Shown here: piece by piece, positions 1 through 7,919 of the stretch
Layout: every line of letters begins with the position of its first letter
Position numbering within the stretch: position 1 is the stretch's first letter
Assembly: GCF_021441885.1 (NCBI RefSeq)
Contig: NZ_CP090438.1
Span: forward strand, 1,803,730-1,835,729
Direction of reading: 5' to 3'
Length of the DNA stretch: 32,000 nt
Source: Vibrio maritimus
GTDB lineage: Bacteria > Pseudomonadota > Gammaproteobacteria > Enterobacterales > Vibrionaceae
Notes under the pieces: model-generated
Told to the model about the DNA's origin: nothing
The model's database searches: none
The model's input: the letters and a program-made list of their open reading frames with translations, nothing else
Translations under genes and position numbers: made by a program

Positions 1-2
1 CA

Positions 3-1650
3 GGCACAGAAGGTGTGTTCACCGACAATGGTGATGGCACTTATACCTTTGCGCCAAACGAGAACTTTAATGGTGACGTAGACCTAAGCTTCTCAGTAAG
101 CGATGGTACGACCACCACAGAAGCTAATATTGATGTGACGGTTGAGTCGGTCAACGACATTCCTGTTGCCGGTTCTACCACATACTCAGTGAATGAAGAC
201 GGTATCATCACTATCTCTGACGACCAATTGCTTGCTAACTCAAGTGATGTGGAAGGCGAGGTGAGTGTCAGCGATGTTTCTTACTCGGGTACAGACGGCA
301 TCTTTACCGATAACGGTGATGGAACTTACAGCTTTGCGCCAAACGAAAACTTCAACGGTAACGTATCGCTTGATGTAACGGTTGTAGATGAAGACGGTGC
401 AACGGCAGAGACCACTGCAGGCATTGACGTCATTGCAGTCAACGATGCGCCAGTTTCAGGTGGCTTGGCTTACTCAGTTGACGAAGATGGTTCTATTACG
501 CTGACTCAAGATCAATTGCTATCGCAAGCAGGGGACGTCGATGGAGATGCACTAACTGCATCGAACCTCAGCGCGGGAGACAACGCAACAGTAACGGACA
601 ATGGCGATGGTAGCTTTACTATTACGCCAGATGCCAATTTCAACGGAGATATCGACCTTAACTTTGATATCTCTGATGGAGCAGAAACGATCGTTGCAAA
701 CGCTGATCTTACGGTCAATCCGGTAAATGACGCTGCAACATCGGATCCTGTGAGTCTTGCAGGTGTAGAAGACAACGCCATCATCATTTCTCAAGAAGAT
801 TTGTTGATGCATGCTCAAGACATTGATGGAGACGACCTAACCGCGAAAGATCTATCTATCGATGAATCGTTTGGTTCACTGGTTGATAATACTGATGGCA
901 CTTGGACATTCACACCAACGGAAAACTTCAACGGCGACGTTCCATTCAACTTTAACGTTGATGACGGTACTGAACTGACACCTGTTCAAGGCAACATCGA
1001 CATTGCTGCTGTTAACGATGAACCTCAGGCACCTGCAATCGAAATGCAGGGAGAAGAAGACCAAGTTATGGTCATCGATCCTGAATTCATCTTGGCACAA
1101 GCAAGTGATTTAGATGGCGATGAACTCACACTTGAAAGTATCAGTGTTAAGTCACCACAAAATGCGCAATTGCAACAGCAACCGGATGGTATGTATCACC
1201 TCGTTACTTCACAAGATTTCAACGGATTAGTTGAACTGGCTTACGAAATCACAGATGGAGAAGCGACGGCAGAAGGCTCGTTAAATGTTGATGTCATTCC
1301 TGTAAATGATGCTCCATTTGCAGATGGAAACGCCTTCTTAACGACCAATGAGGATGGGGCATTTACCTTCGATTCATCCGATATGCTCGACCTGTTTGGT
1401 GATATAGACACAGAAAGCCTAGTTATTTCACGAATCATCATGCCAGATGGTGAAGATGCCGGTGATCTGAATGACAACGGTGATGGTACCTGGACATTCA
1501 CACCAACGGGTGATTTCGCCGGAACGTCAGGGCTTCAAGTTATCGCTTCAGATGGAGAGTTTGAAACCTCACTCGATGTTCCTGTCTTTGTTCGTCCAGT
1601 CGCGGATGGAGCCGTTATTACAACAGATCATGACGGTCCATTGGTGTTCT
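3..1650 (+). repeat. Tandem ~285-nt (95-aa) domain repeats inside the adhesin gene
   Basis: DNA at 19-80 recurs with silent or near-silent changes at 304-365. The DNGDG..NFNG motif recurs near nt 18, 303, 591, 880, 1180 and 1455. Degenerate copies lie further on (~2080, ~2390, ~3030). Confidence 0.7.
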
Positions 1651-3389
1651 CTGAAGATTCAACCGGTCACTTAGGGCTTAACGTTGACCTCATTGATGAT
1701 TCGGAAATGCTCAGCAACTTGGTTATGACTGGTTTCCCTGTCGGGTTTGAAGTAAGCGATGGTGAAAATACTGTCATTATTACAGAGCCTGGACAAATGA
1801 TCAGTATCACCAACTGGAACATAGACGATCTACAGTTAACACCACCTGAAGACTTCTCTGGAAACTTCTTCGTAACTGTTAGTGCAACCACGGTTGACTA
1901 TGGTGACGAACCGTTGCCAGAACCAGAAGGTAGTGAAATTGCAGGCGACTTTGATACAACGCTAGGCGAACCAATTATCCTCACAGAAGAAGACTTGATT
2001 GGCATGGCACAAAACATCGACGCTAATGATGATGACGCTATCCAGATGGTTCACTTAGTTGATCCTAACCAAGGCTCGATGGTTGACAATGGTGACGGTA
2101 CCTGGACCTTTAGTCCGGCCGATGGCTTTACAGGCGAAGTAGACTTTGCGTATGTCGTTGAACGTGATGGTATTCTTCATGATGAACAAAGCACTATTGG
2201 TGTTCATGAAAATGAAGGACAAATCACCGATGGACCGCAGATTGAATCAATCGCTTCTGCTAGTGTGGAGGAAAGTGAACCACTTAACTTCACCGATAGC
2301 GATATGCTTAGCACCTTGAGCTCCGAATCTGGAGAAATGAGTATTGAATCCGTTACATTGCTTGAAGGTGAAGGGCTAATTGAATCTGACGGGCAGGGTG
2401 GTTATCAATTCACCCCAGCTGAAGGATACACTGGAAGTGCTCAAATCGGCTTTGTCGCGAGTGATGGTGAGAACAGTGTCGAAAGCCACTTCAATATCAA
2501 TGTAGACGAGCAAGAACCTTCAACGGTTGAAGCGCTAAGTCAAGCGGATGATGGTTCGGTTAGCATCAGTGGCGAACAAGTGCTTTCAAGTCTTGATGTC
2601 GCGGACGATGCAAGCTTATCTGATCTTAGCTATACAGGCGACGAAGGCGCACTAGTTCCTGCAGGAGACGATCAATGGACATTCTGGCCAGACTCTGAGT
2701 TTAGCGGTGATATCCCACTGGAAGCAACAGTTCAATCTGGTGGCGAAGAGCAAACTCTAACTACAACGATGAACGTTGAGACTGCACCTGAATCGACAGA
2801 AGCAACTCCTGAGCAAGCGACGGCTGAAACAGAAACTACGCAAGAATCTGTAGAAGCTTCAGCAAGCGACGATTCAGCCACATCAGATGACGAAGCCGCT
2901 GACATGACAGCTGCGCCAGGCGATGATGTCAGTCTATCAATTCCTGATGAGGTAGCTTCAGCAGAAGGTGTTGAACAGGTTGAACTATCGGGTATTCCAG
3001 ATGGTGCATCTGTGAGTGGAGCGCTAGATAATGGCGATGGTACTTACACGGTATCTGGTGACTTGTCACAACCGGTCACGATGTCGCTGGGTGATTCGTT
3101 TGAAGGTGAAGCAGAGATCTCGTTCCAAGGTGTGGATGAACTTGATACTCCAATAGATGGCGCTTCGGCAACAACAACAATTGAAGTTGATGACCAATAT
3201 GCGATGCAAGCGAGTAGCCAAACTCCAGCAGATACGTCAGGTCTACAAGATGCAGGTGGCAGCGGCGATTGGACATCTGGGGACAACACAGATACTGGTG
3301 TTGACTTTACAGATGACTCGGGAAGCTTCGGTCATGATGATCAATCATCAGGAGGCAGTCAACACGACTTTGACGATAACAACTTCTAG
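3..3389 (+). CDS. Giant repetitive adhesin-like exoprotein, C-terminal part (5' end lies upstream of the window)
   Basis: The frame is open from the window edge. Codons before the track's GTG at 15 (GTEG) continue the repeat, so 15 is not a real start. About 95-aa units carry DNGDGT(Y/W)(T/S)FxPxxNFNGD and VND(A/I/E)P motifs. The tail is acidic and T/E/S/D-rich, the stop is TAG at 3387-3389, and a hairpin terminator follows. Confidence 0.85.
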   Translation, partial: GTEGVFTDNGDGTYTFAPNENFNGDVDLSFSVSDGTTTTEANIDVTVESVNDIPVAGSTTYSVNEDGIITISDDQLLANSSDVEGEVSVSDVSYSGTDGIFTDNGDGTYSFAPNENFNGNVSLDVTVVDEDGATAETTAGIDVIAVNDAPVSGGLAYSVDEDGSITLTQDQLLSQAGDVDGDALTASNLSAGDNATVTDNGDGSFTITPDANFNGDIDLNFDISDGAETIVANADLTVNPVNDAATSDPVSLAGVEDNAIIISQEDLLMHAQDIDGDDLTAKDLSIDESFGSLVDNTDGTWTFTPTENFNGDVPFNFNVDDGTELTPVQGNIDIAAVNDEPQAPAIEMQGEEDQVMVIDPEFILAQASDLDGDELTLESISVKSPQNAQLQQQPDGMYHLVTSQDFNGLVELAYEITDGEATAEGSLNVDVIPVNDAPFADGNAFLTTNEDGAFTFDSSDMLDLFGDIDTESLVISRIIMPDGEDAGDLNDNGDGTWTFTPTGDFAGTSGLQVIASDGEFETSLDVPVFVRPVADGAVITTDHDGPLVFSEDSTGHLGLNVDLIDDSEMLSNLVMTGFPVGFEVSDGENTVIITEPGQMISITNWNIDDLQLTPPEDFSGNFFVTVSATTVDYGDEPLPEPEGSEIAGDFDTTLGEPIILTEEDLIGMAQNIDANDDDAIQMVHLVDPNQGSMVDNGDGTWTFSPADGFTGEVDFAYVVERDGILHDEQSTIGVHENEGQITDGPQIESIASASVEESEPLNFTDSDMLSTLSSESGEMSIESVTLLEGEGLIESDGQGGYQFTPAEGYTGSAQIGFVASDGENSVESHFNINVDEQEPSTVEALSQADDGSVSISGEQVLSSLDVADDASLSDLSYTGDEGALVPAGDDQWTFWPDSEFSGDIPLEATVQSGGEEQTLTTTMNVETAPESTEATPEQATAETETTQESVEASASDDSATSDDEAADMTAAPGDDVSLSIPDEVASAEGVEQVELSGIPDGASVSGALDNGDGTYTVSGDLSQPVTMSLGDSFEGEAEISFQGVDELDTPIDGASATTTIEVDDQYAMQASSQTPADTSGLQDAGGSGDWTSGDNTDTGVDFTDDSGSFGHDDQSSGGSQHDFDDNNF

Positions 3390-3417
3390 TGAGTAATTGA
3401 TAAAAGCTAGAGTCATA

Positions 3418-3456
3418 AAGCCCATGTGAATTGTTGAAATGATCATGGGCTTTTTC
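3418..3456 (+). terminator. Rho-independent terminator of the adhesin gene
   Basis: Stem AAAGCCCATG (3417-3426) pairs with CATGGGCTTT (3444-3453) and is followed by a T-run, 29 nt after the stop codon. Confidence 0.8.
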
Positions 3457-3597
3457 TAATAGTCACAATTACTAATCTCTGATTAAGTAATGTGATTATT
3501 AGGTATTTTATGGTAAATCATGATTATCGTTAAATACGATGATGAAATGAGGGAATAGTGGCAAGGAGAACATAGATTTCAAGCTAACGCACATTCA

Positions 3598-3625
3598 ATT
3601 TAACATAAGATAGATAATACGCACT
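3598..3625. other. dif: dif-type XerC/XerD recombination site, chromosome/prophage hybrid (left junction of the array)
   Basis: ATTTAACATAA-GATAGA-TAATACGCACT. The XerD arm is 11/11 to the remembered TTATGTTAAAT arm of E. coli and V. cholerae dif. The XerC arm is 10/11 to V. cholerae dif1 (AGTGCGCATTA). Identity with the later units begins at 3612, inside the 6-nt core. Confidence 0.8.
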
Positions 3626-3644
3626 AAATCTGTAAGCGCAAAGT

Positions 3645-5162
3645 TGTAATGTCACTATTTACCAAAGTTAAAATGTCTCTTTAGCTCGTGGTCACTAAGC
3701 TTTACTTACAACCAGCTAAGGATGCGTTTAAGATGCTAGTGACTATGAATGATTCTGATATCAATCGTTTTAAAGTAATCCAAGATGTTTGCGATCGTAG
3801 GATCCGACGAGTCGACGCGGCAGACATCCTTGATTTGAGTGTTCGCCAAGTTCAGAGGCTTATGAATCGCCTGAGGGAATTCGGTGCTGTAGGATTGACT
3901 CACCAAGCTCGAGGTAAGCCAAGTAATAACCGCTATCCTAGTGACTACCGAGACACAGTTTTAAAACTGATTCGTGATCACTATTCTGATTTTTCTCCAA
4001 CGCTTGCTAGAGAAAAACTATTGGAGTTACATAGCCTTCCAGTATCTAACGAGACCTTACGAAGTTGGATGATTGCAGATGGTTTATGGACGCCACATTC
4101 GCAACGCAAGCCTAAAGTTTACCAACCTCGCTACCGACGTGATTGTTTGGGCGAGCTCGTTCAAATTGATGGCTCTCACCATGATTGGTTTGAAGGACGC
4201 GCTGACAAATGTTGTTTACTGGTCTTTATCGATGATGCGACTGGCCGCCTGATGAATTTAAGGTTCAGCGAAACCGAATCGGCCTTTGATTACATGCTAA
4301 CAACGAGAGAATATCTTAATGAACACGGCAAACCCGTAGCGTTCTACAGCGATAAGCATTCGATTTTTCGGGTGAATCAGGAAAAGCAAAAACAAGTCGG
4401 TCAAACTCAATATGCCCGTGTATTAAAAGAGTTAGGTATTGAACTGATATGTGCGAACAGCTCTCAAGCTAAAGGTCGTGTGGAGCGAGTAAACTTGACG
4501 CTACAAGACCGACTCGTCAAAGAGATGCGCTTACAAGGAATTAACACCATCGAAGAAGCGAATGCTTGGCTTCCCTACTTCATTGCCGATTTCAATCGAC
4601 GCTTTGCTAAGCCGGCAATGTATCCGAAAAACATGCATCGAAAAGTGCGTGAAACCACACAGGAACTCGACGATATTTTCAGTTGGCAAGAAATACGTAA
4701 ACTCTCTAAATCGTTGACATTTCAATATGACAAAGTGGTTTATCTTATTGAGCCAAATGAAGAAAATACTCGCTTAGTTCACGAGCATGTCAAAGTCTTA
4801 GACTATCCCAACGGAGACATTGCGATTGTGTATGGCCACAGAAAGTTGGAATTCAAAATTTTCGATAAGCTTGAGCATGTTCAACAAACCCAAATTGTCG
4901 ACAACAAGCGATTAGGTCAAGTACTAAAGTTTGCTCAACAGCAGCAAGAAGAATTCGAGCGACAACAGAAACGCACACGGAGCAAAAAAGCCCCTAAACG
5001 CAGAGCTCAACAAAGAGCGCTTCAGGAACAACTAAGGGCTATAAACCCAGTTCTCATCACACCAGAAACCTTCAAAGCATCTAAGAGTAAAACCTAACTC
5101 ACCTACTCTATTTAGCTCATAAAGAGACATTTCTACCTGGGAGAAAAGAGGACATTTTAAAA
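3645..5162 (+). mobile_element. ISNCY-like (IS1202-group-like) insertion sequence, ends approximate
   Basis: A single DDE transposase gene is flanked by inverted motifs. A perfect 12-bp pair AATGTCTCTTTA (3672-3683) / TAAAGAGACATT (5120-5131) is flanked by an imperfect outer pair AATGTCACTATT (3648-3659) / AAAGAGGACATT (5145-5156). No target-site duplication could be identified. Confidence 0.7.
3688..5097 (+). CDS. DDE (rve/integrase-core) transposase, ISNCY-like
   Basis: N-terminal HTH (SVRQVQRLMNRL). Candidate catalytic residues lie in VQIDGSHH, AFYSDKHS and AKGRVERVN. The C-terminus is basic. The track start is GTG; ATG at 3733 (AAGGA upstream) or 3745 (MNDSD) is a more likely start. Confidence 0.85.
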   Translation: MVTKLYLQPAKDAFKMLVTMNDSDINRFKVIQDVCDRRIRRVDAADILDLSVRQVQRLMNRLREFGAVGLTHQARGKPSNNRYPSDYRDTVLKLIRDHYSDFSPTLAREKLLELHSLPVSNETLRSWMIADGLWTPHSQRKPKVYQPRYRRDCLGELVQIDGSHHDWFEGRADKCCLLVFIDDATGRLMNLRFSETESAFDYMLTTREYLNEHGKPVAFYSDKHSIFRVNQEKQKQVGQTQYARVLKELGIELICANSSQAKGRVERVNLTLQDRLVKEMRLQGINTIEEANAWLPYFIADFNRRFAKPAMYPKNMHRKVRETTQELDDIFSWQEIRKLSKSLTFQYDKVVYLIEPNEENTRLVHEHVKVLDYPNGDIAIVYGHRKLEFKIFDKLEHVQQTQIVDNKRLGQVLKFAQQQQEEFERQQKRTRSKKAPKRRAQQRALQEQLRAINPVLITPETFKASKSKT

Positions 5163-5310
5163 TGGGATTGACAAAATCGAATTTATCCAAAACAGCATTT
5201 TATCCTGTGGTTATCCCGTCAAACTTCACAAAATCCACTATCGAGACCCAAACCGGTCATGACTTTATACTGCCACCTCCGCTCTCAATGCGAAAAACTT
5301 AGCACAAAAT

Positions 5311-5348
5311 AAAATGACATACCAATCGACTCAGTATGTCATTTTTTT
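5311..5348. terminator. Bidirectional rho-independent terminator (end of phage cargo operon; also faces the IS)
   Basis: AAAATGACATAC (5311-5322) pairs with GTATGTCATTTT (5334-5345) around an 11-nt loop. A T7 run follows on the plus strand and TTTTATTTT on the minus strand. It lies 24 nt beyond the stop of the 169-aa gene. Confidence 0.75.
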
Positions 5349-5371
5349 ACTCTGTCCATTCTTTACAACGG

Positions 5372-5881
5372 TTACGGCTCGTCCAGTAACCCAAGCTTTT
5401 TAGCCACCTTTATTAGGTCGAATGGCTGTTGAAATTGAGCTTGTATCTTTTGCACTTCCAAAATGTCGAGTCCTGAAATTTCCGAACTATAATCCACGTT
5501 TTCAACAAGATTGAGACTACTTCGAATTTCATCCAAAGTCATACCATTAGGGTATTCTTCAGATCGAATGGTTATCTGTGGGTATTGGTCTAAAATCTCA
5601 ACCACTTTCAAACGTTCTTGTTCCGAGCACTTTTCTCTATTGTCCAAAGAAAGATATAGAAGCACCTTTTTTTTATCGTCATTTCCTAATGATGAAAACC
5701 AGCTTGTAGTTGGAAATCTTTTTGAAGCCGCTCTTGATTGAAGTAAACAATACTCAACTCGATTACCATAAGCTTGCATAGCATCAGACAAAGCTAAAGA
5801 ACGTAACTCATTAGAGCCAGCATAAGAAAAAGGTAAGAAACACATTAAAAATAAGCAGGTTAAACCTTTACAAAGCCGCAT
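5372..5881 (-). CDS. Secreted 169-aa cargo protein, function unknown
   Basis: The N-terminal signal peptide is MRLCKGLTCLFLMCFLPFSYA/GS. GGAGG lies upstream. It overlaps the 113-aa gene by 14 nt and is the last gene before the terminator. I recognise no family. Confidence 0.75.
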   Translation of the reverse strand: MRLCKGLTCLFLMCFLPFSYAGSNELRSLALSDAMQAYGNRVEYCLLQSRAASKRFPTTSWFSSLGNDDKKKVLLYLSLDNREKCSEQERLKVVEILDQYPQITIRSEEYPNGMTLDEIRSSLNLVENVDYSSEISGLDILEVQKIQAQFQQPFDLIKVAKKLGLLDEP

Positions 5882-6209
5882 TTGATACGCACCTCCAAAA
5901 TTCGCCCTCAGCAGTATAACTACCAGTTCTTAAGCTCATGGTTTCCGCAATAGAAAATACACGCCCTTTTGCAGTTTTATTAATAGCGTTCAGAGTTTTA
6001 CTAAACTCAACCCAATCATAGCCAGCTATACTCAGCATGGTTTGACTCGTATTTGCTTTACCAAGAAACAAATCAAACAATGGAACGGTGCTCGTTGCAA
6101 CTGCTAGCATGTTCGCCCTATCTACGATATCTCTAATCTCATCAACTGCCTCTATACTTTCACGAGACAATTTTAAATTATCAATCCGACAATACCCTAC
6201 ATTTGCCAT
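5868..6209 (-). CDS. 113-aa soluble cargo protein, function unknown
   Basis: ATG start with AAGGG 8-9 nt upstream. No TM segment or signal peptide. It is probably translationally coupled to the 169-aa gene. I recognise no family. Confidence 0.7.
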   Translation of the reverse strand: MANVGYCRIDNLKLSRESIEAVDEIRDIVDRANMLAVATSTVPLFDLFLGKANTSQTMLSIAGYDWVEFSKTLNAINKTAKGRVFSIAETMSLRTGSYTAEGEFWRCVSNAAL

Positions 6210-6258
6210 TTATTAAGCCCTTATGAAACCAATATAGTATCGTAAATCTTACTATACA

Positions 6259-6414
6259 CTAAGAAGCCTTTTCTAATCTCCTCTCAAGCTCTCGAATAAC
6301 ACGGCAAAGCTCAACAATTCGCTCAAACATTAAAGACGAAGGCTCACGTTCGTAAGCCTCCATAGCTAAAGCTAATTCATCACGCAAACGAGATAAAGAA
6401 AAATCCAAAACCAT
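6259..6414 (-). CDS. 51-aa helical small protein (below the ORF-track cutoff)
   Basis: Hand translation: MVLDFSLSRLRDELALAMEAYEREPSSLMFERIVELCRVIRELERRLEKAS. The ATG directly abuts the zot-like TAG (6415-6417), and GGTGGTG lies upstream. Confidence 0.5.
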   Translation of the reverse strand: MVLDFSLSRLRDELALAMEAYEREPSSLMFERIVELCRVIRELERRLEKAS

Positions 6415-7590
6415 CTAGTCACCACCAAACGCCGATGAAAAAGACGAAGCTAAATCAATATTAGGATGTTGGCCTGTAGGCCGTTCACCCTCGCAGTAAA
6501 CGAAATCTGAATAGCCCTCAAACTTCAATTCAACCAAACAAGGACCCATTACCGCCACATCATAGCCTGCCATATATAAGTCCTGAAGCTTCAAGGGGAA
6601 TTCATAACGAGATTTATTCACTGCCTTAAAATAAACCTCTGTTTGTCGATGCAAACGCCCTCTATCGTCTTTGTAGAACGAATCAGACGACCCTGTGATA
6701 GCCAGTTGAAGTTTACCAAATGGATGCACTGTATCAGCCTTACGCTGCCTAGAAGACGGTCTTTTCTTCTCTGGCTCTGAATTTTGCTTATCTTCCACTA
6801 CGACACGCTTAGATTCTACTACGGGCTCAGGCTCTGATTTGTTGCCAAACAACGCTAAACCACTCGTTATAGACATAGGCAACGCAATGATAATTGCAGG
6901 GATACCTACCCAGAAATACCAACGCTTCCAGATAGGCTTAATGTCACTAGCGTGAGCTTCATTCACCGATTGGTCAGATTGAGTATGCGAAGTATAGAAC
7001 GGGAAAAATCGAGGCTTATATGTTCGAACGTTGGTGTTCAACTCAGCAGGCCGACCCTCAGCACCGTCTAATACTTTTTGCGTATAAGTTTTATCAGACC
7101 CAGCTGCGGAATGCTTCGACACTCGATACTGAATTTGTATCATTGCTCGAACATCTTTGTGAAGTTTTCCAAGGCTTTGAGTCATTAACAAAATATCATG
7201 GCCATAATGACGGTGCATCGACATATATTCCAATACATCCGCCAAATTCTCAGATGCTTTCTTGCCTCTGCCTTGACTAGGTAAAACAAAGTGACATTCA
7301 TCAATGACGAACAATGCACCAACGCCCTCGTCATTCTTCCACTCGTCAGACGTAAAACAATCCTTTGTAGAGAAAGCTTTGACCGCCCCAACCTCACGGG
7401 AATAGCTATCTTCTCGAACCTCGATAAGATCTAATATTTCCTTGCCAAAAACCGATTCGAAATGATCTAAATTTAAAGGCACATTAGTGATAACTTTGCG
7501 CCCTTCCTTAAGCGCAGGAATGATGTGATACACCACAGATTCGTAAGATTTACCCGAACCTGGTCTACCCACGATAATGTTAATTGGCAT
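6415..7590 (-). CDS. Zot/pI-family inovirus assembly ATPase
   Basis: Walker A GRPGSGKS at residues 8-15 and Walker B LFVIDECH. A central TM segment (WYFWVGIPAIIIALPMSITSGLALF) has a C-terminal domain beyond it. The SD is GGGGGTG. The position follows the pVI-like gene, as in Ff and CTXphi. Confidence 0.9.
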   Translation of the reverse strand: MPINIIVGRPGSGKSYESVVYHIIPALKEGRKVITNVPLNLDHFESVFGKEILDLIEVREDSYSREVGAVKAFSTKDCFTSDEWKNDEGVGALFVIDECHFVLPSQGRGKKASENLADVLEYMSMHRHYGHDILLMTQSLGKLHKDVRAMIQIQYRVSKHSAAGSDKTYTQKVLDGAEGRPAELNTNVRTYKPRFFPFYTSHTQSDQSVNEAHASDIKPIWKRWYFWVGIPAIIIALPMSITSGLALFGNKSEPEPVVESKRVVVEDKQNSEPEKKRPSSRQRKADTVHPFGKLQLAITGSSDSFYKDDRGRLHRQTEVYFKAVNKSRYEFPLKLQDLYMAGYDVAVMGPCLVELKFEGYSDFVYCEGERPTGQHPNIDLASSFSSAFGGD

Positions 7591-7600
7591 CAGTCACCCC

Positions 7601-7918
7601 CTAAGAACCTAAACGTGTAAACGGAATAATCTGCAAACCTAGACGAATCAAGATTGCAGACACGATAATTACACTTGCTTCATTCACGCCCACTAAAGCC
7701 ATGATAGATTTTGCTTCGTCAGGAATCAGGTCGATATATTGAATCACGTTCAAGGCCGAAAACGCCGAACCAAAACCATTGATAGCAACTAAAGCTATCG
7801 ATAACACGCTATCAAAAAAGAATATGCCAATATCTTTCAACAAATCGTAGAGCGACAATAAAATAGACAAGCAAAAGTTAACAAAGTCATTCCAACGCTC
7901 AGCAAACCAATCCAACAT
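7601..7918 (-). CDS. pVI-like minor coat / membrane protein (Ace position)
   Basis: A hydrophobic multi-TM ~105-aa protein between the pIII-like and pI-like genes. The track start at 7930 is TTG. ATG at 7918 has GGAGG 5 nt upstream and lies 1 nt after the pIII-like stop codon. Confidence 0.75.
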   Translation of the reverse strand: MLDWFAERWNDFVNFCLSILLSLYDLLKDIGIFFFDSVLSIALVAINGFGSAFSALNVIQYIDLIPDEAKSIMALVGVNEASVIIVSAILIRLGLQIIPFTRLGS

Positions 7919-7919
7919 A

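Noticed and set aside
512-3396. Track ORFs inside the adhesin gene on the opposite strand or in other frames (512-787, 552-818, 876-1100, 1241-1501, 1471-1674, 1667-1891, 3044-3289, 3076-3276, 3157-3396).
   Set aside because: All are nested in a long, strongly periodic coding frame. Their low-complexity translations are typical of shadow ORFs, and none has its own ribosome-binding context.
4531-4725. 64-aa antisense ORF inside the transposase gene (also 13882-14076, 23233-23427).
   Set aside because: It is fully embedded antisense in a well-supported CDS and has no start context.
3688-5097. The DDE protein as the phage's own integrase (some inoviruses use transposase-like integrases).
   Set aside because: The gene is flanked by its own inverted terminal motifs, is transcribed opposite to all phage genes, and the actual chromosome junction is a dif-type core crossover. 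I keep this as an alternative only if Xer dependence fails.
5511-5741. 76-aa plus-strand ORF inside the 169-aa cargo gene (also 14862-15092, 24213-24443).
   Set aside because: It is antisense to a gene that has a signal peptide, SD and operon context. It is a shadow ORF.
7020-7397. 86-aa (+) and 70-aa (-) ORFs within the zot/pI-like gene (and their copies).
   Set aside because: They are embedded in or out of frame with a CDS that has Walker motifs, and nothing independent supports them.
6415-7590. Calling the Zot-like protein an enterotoxin.
   Set aside because: The recognisable features (N-terminal P-loop, central TM) are those of the pI assembly ATPase. I cannot see similarity to the toxic C-terminal fragment of V. 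cholerae Zot from the sequence alone.
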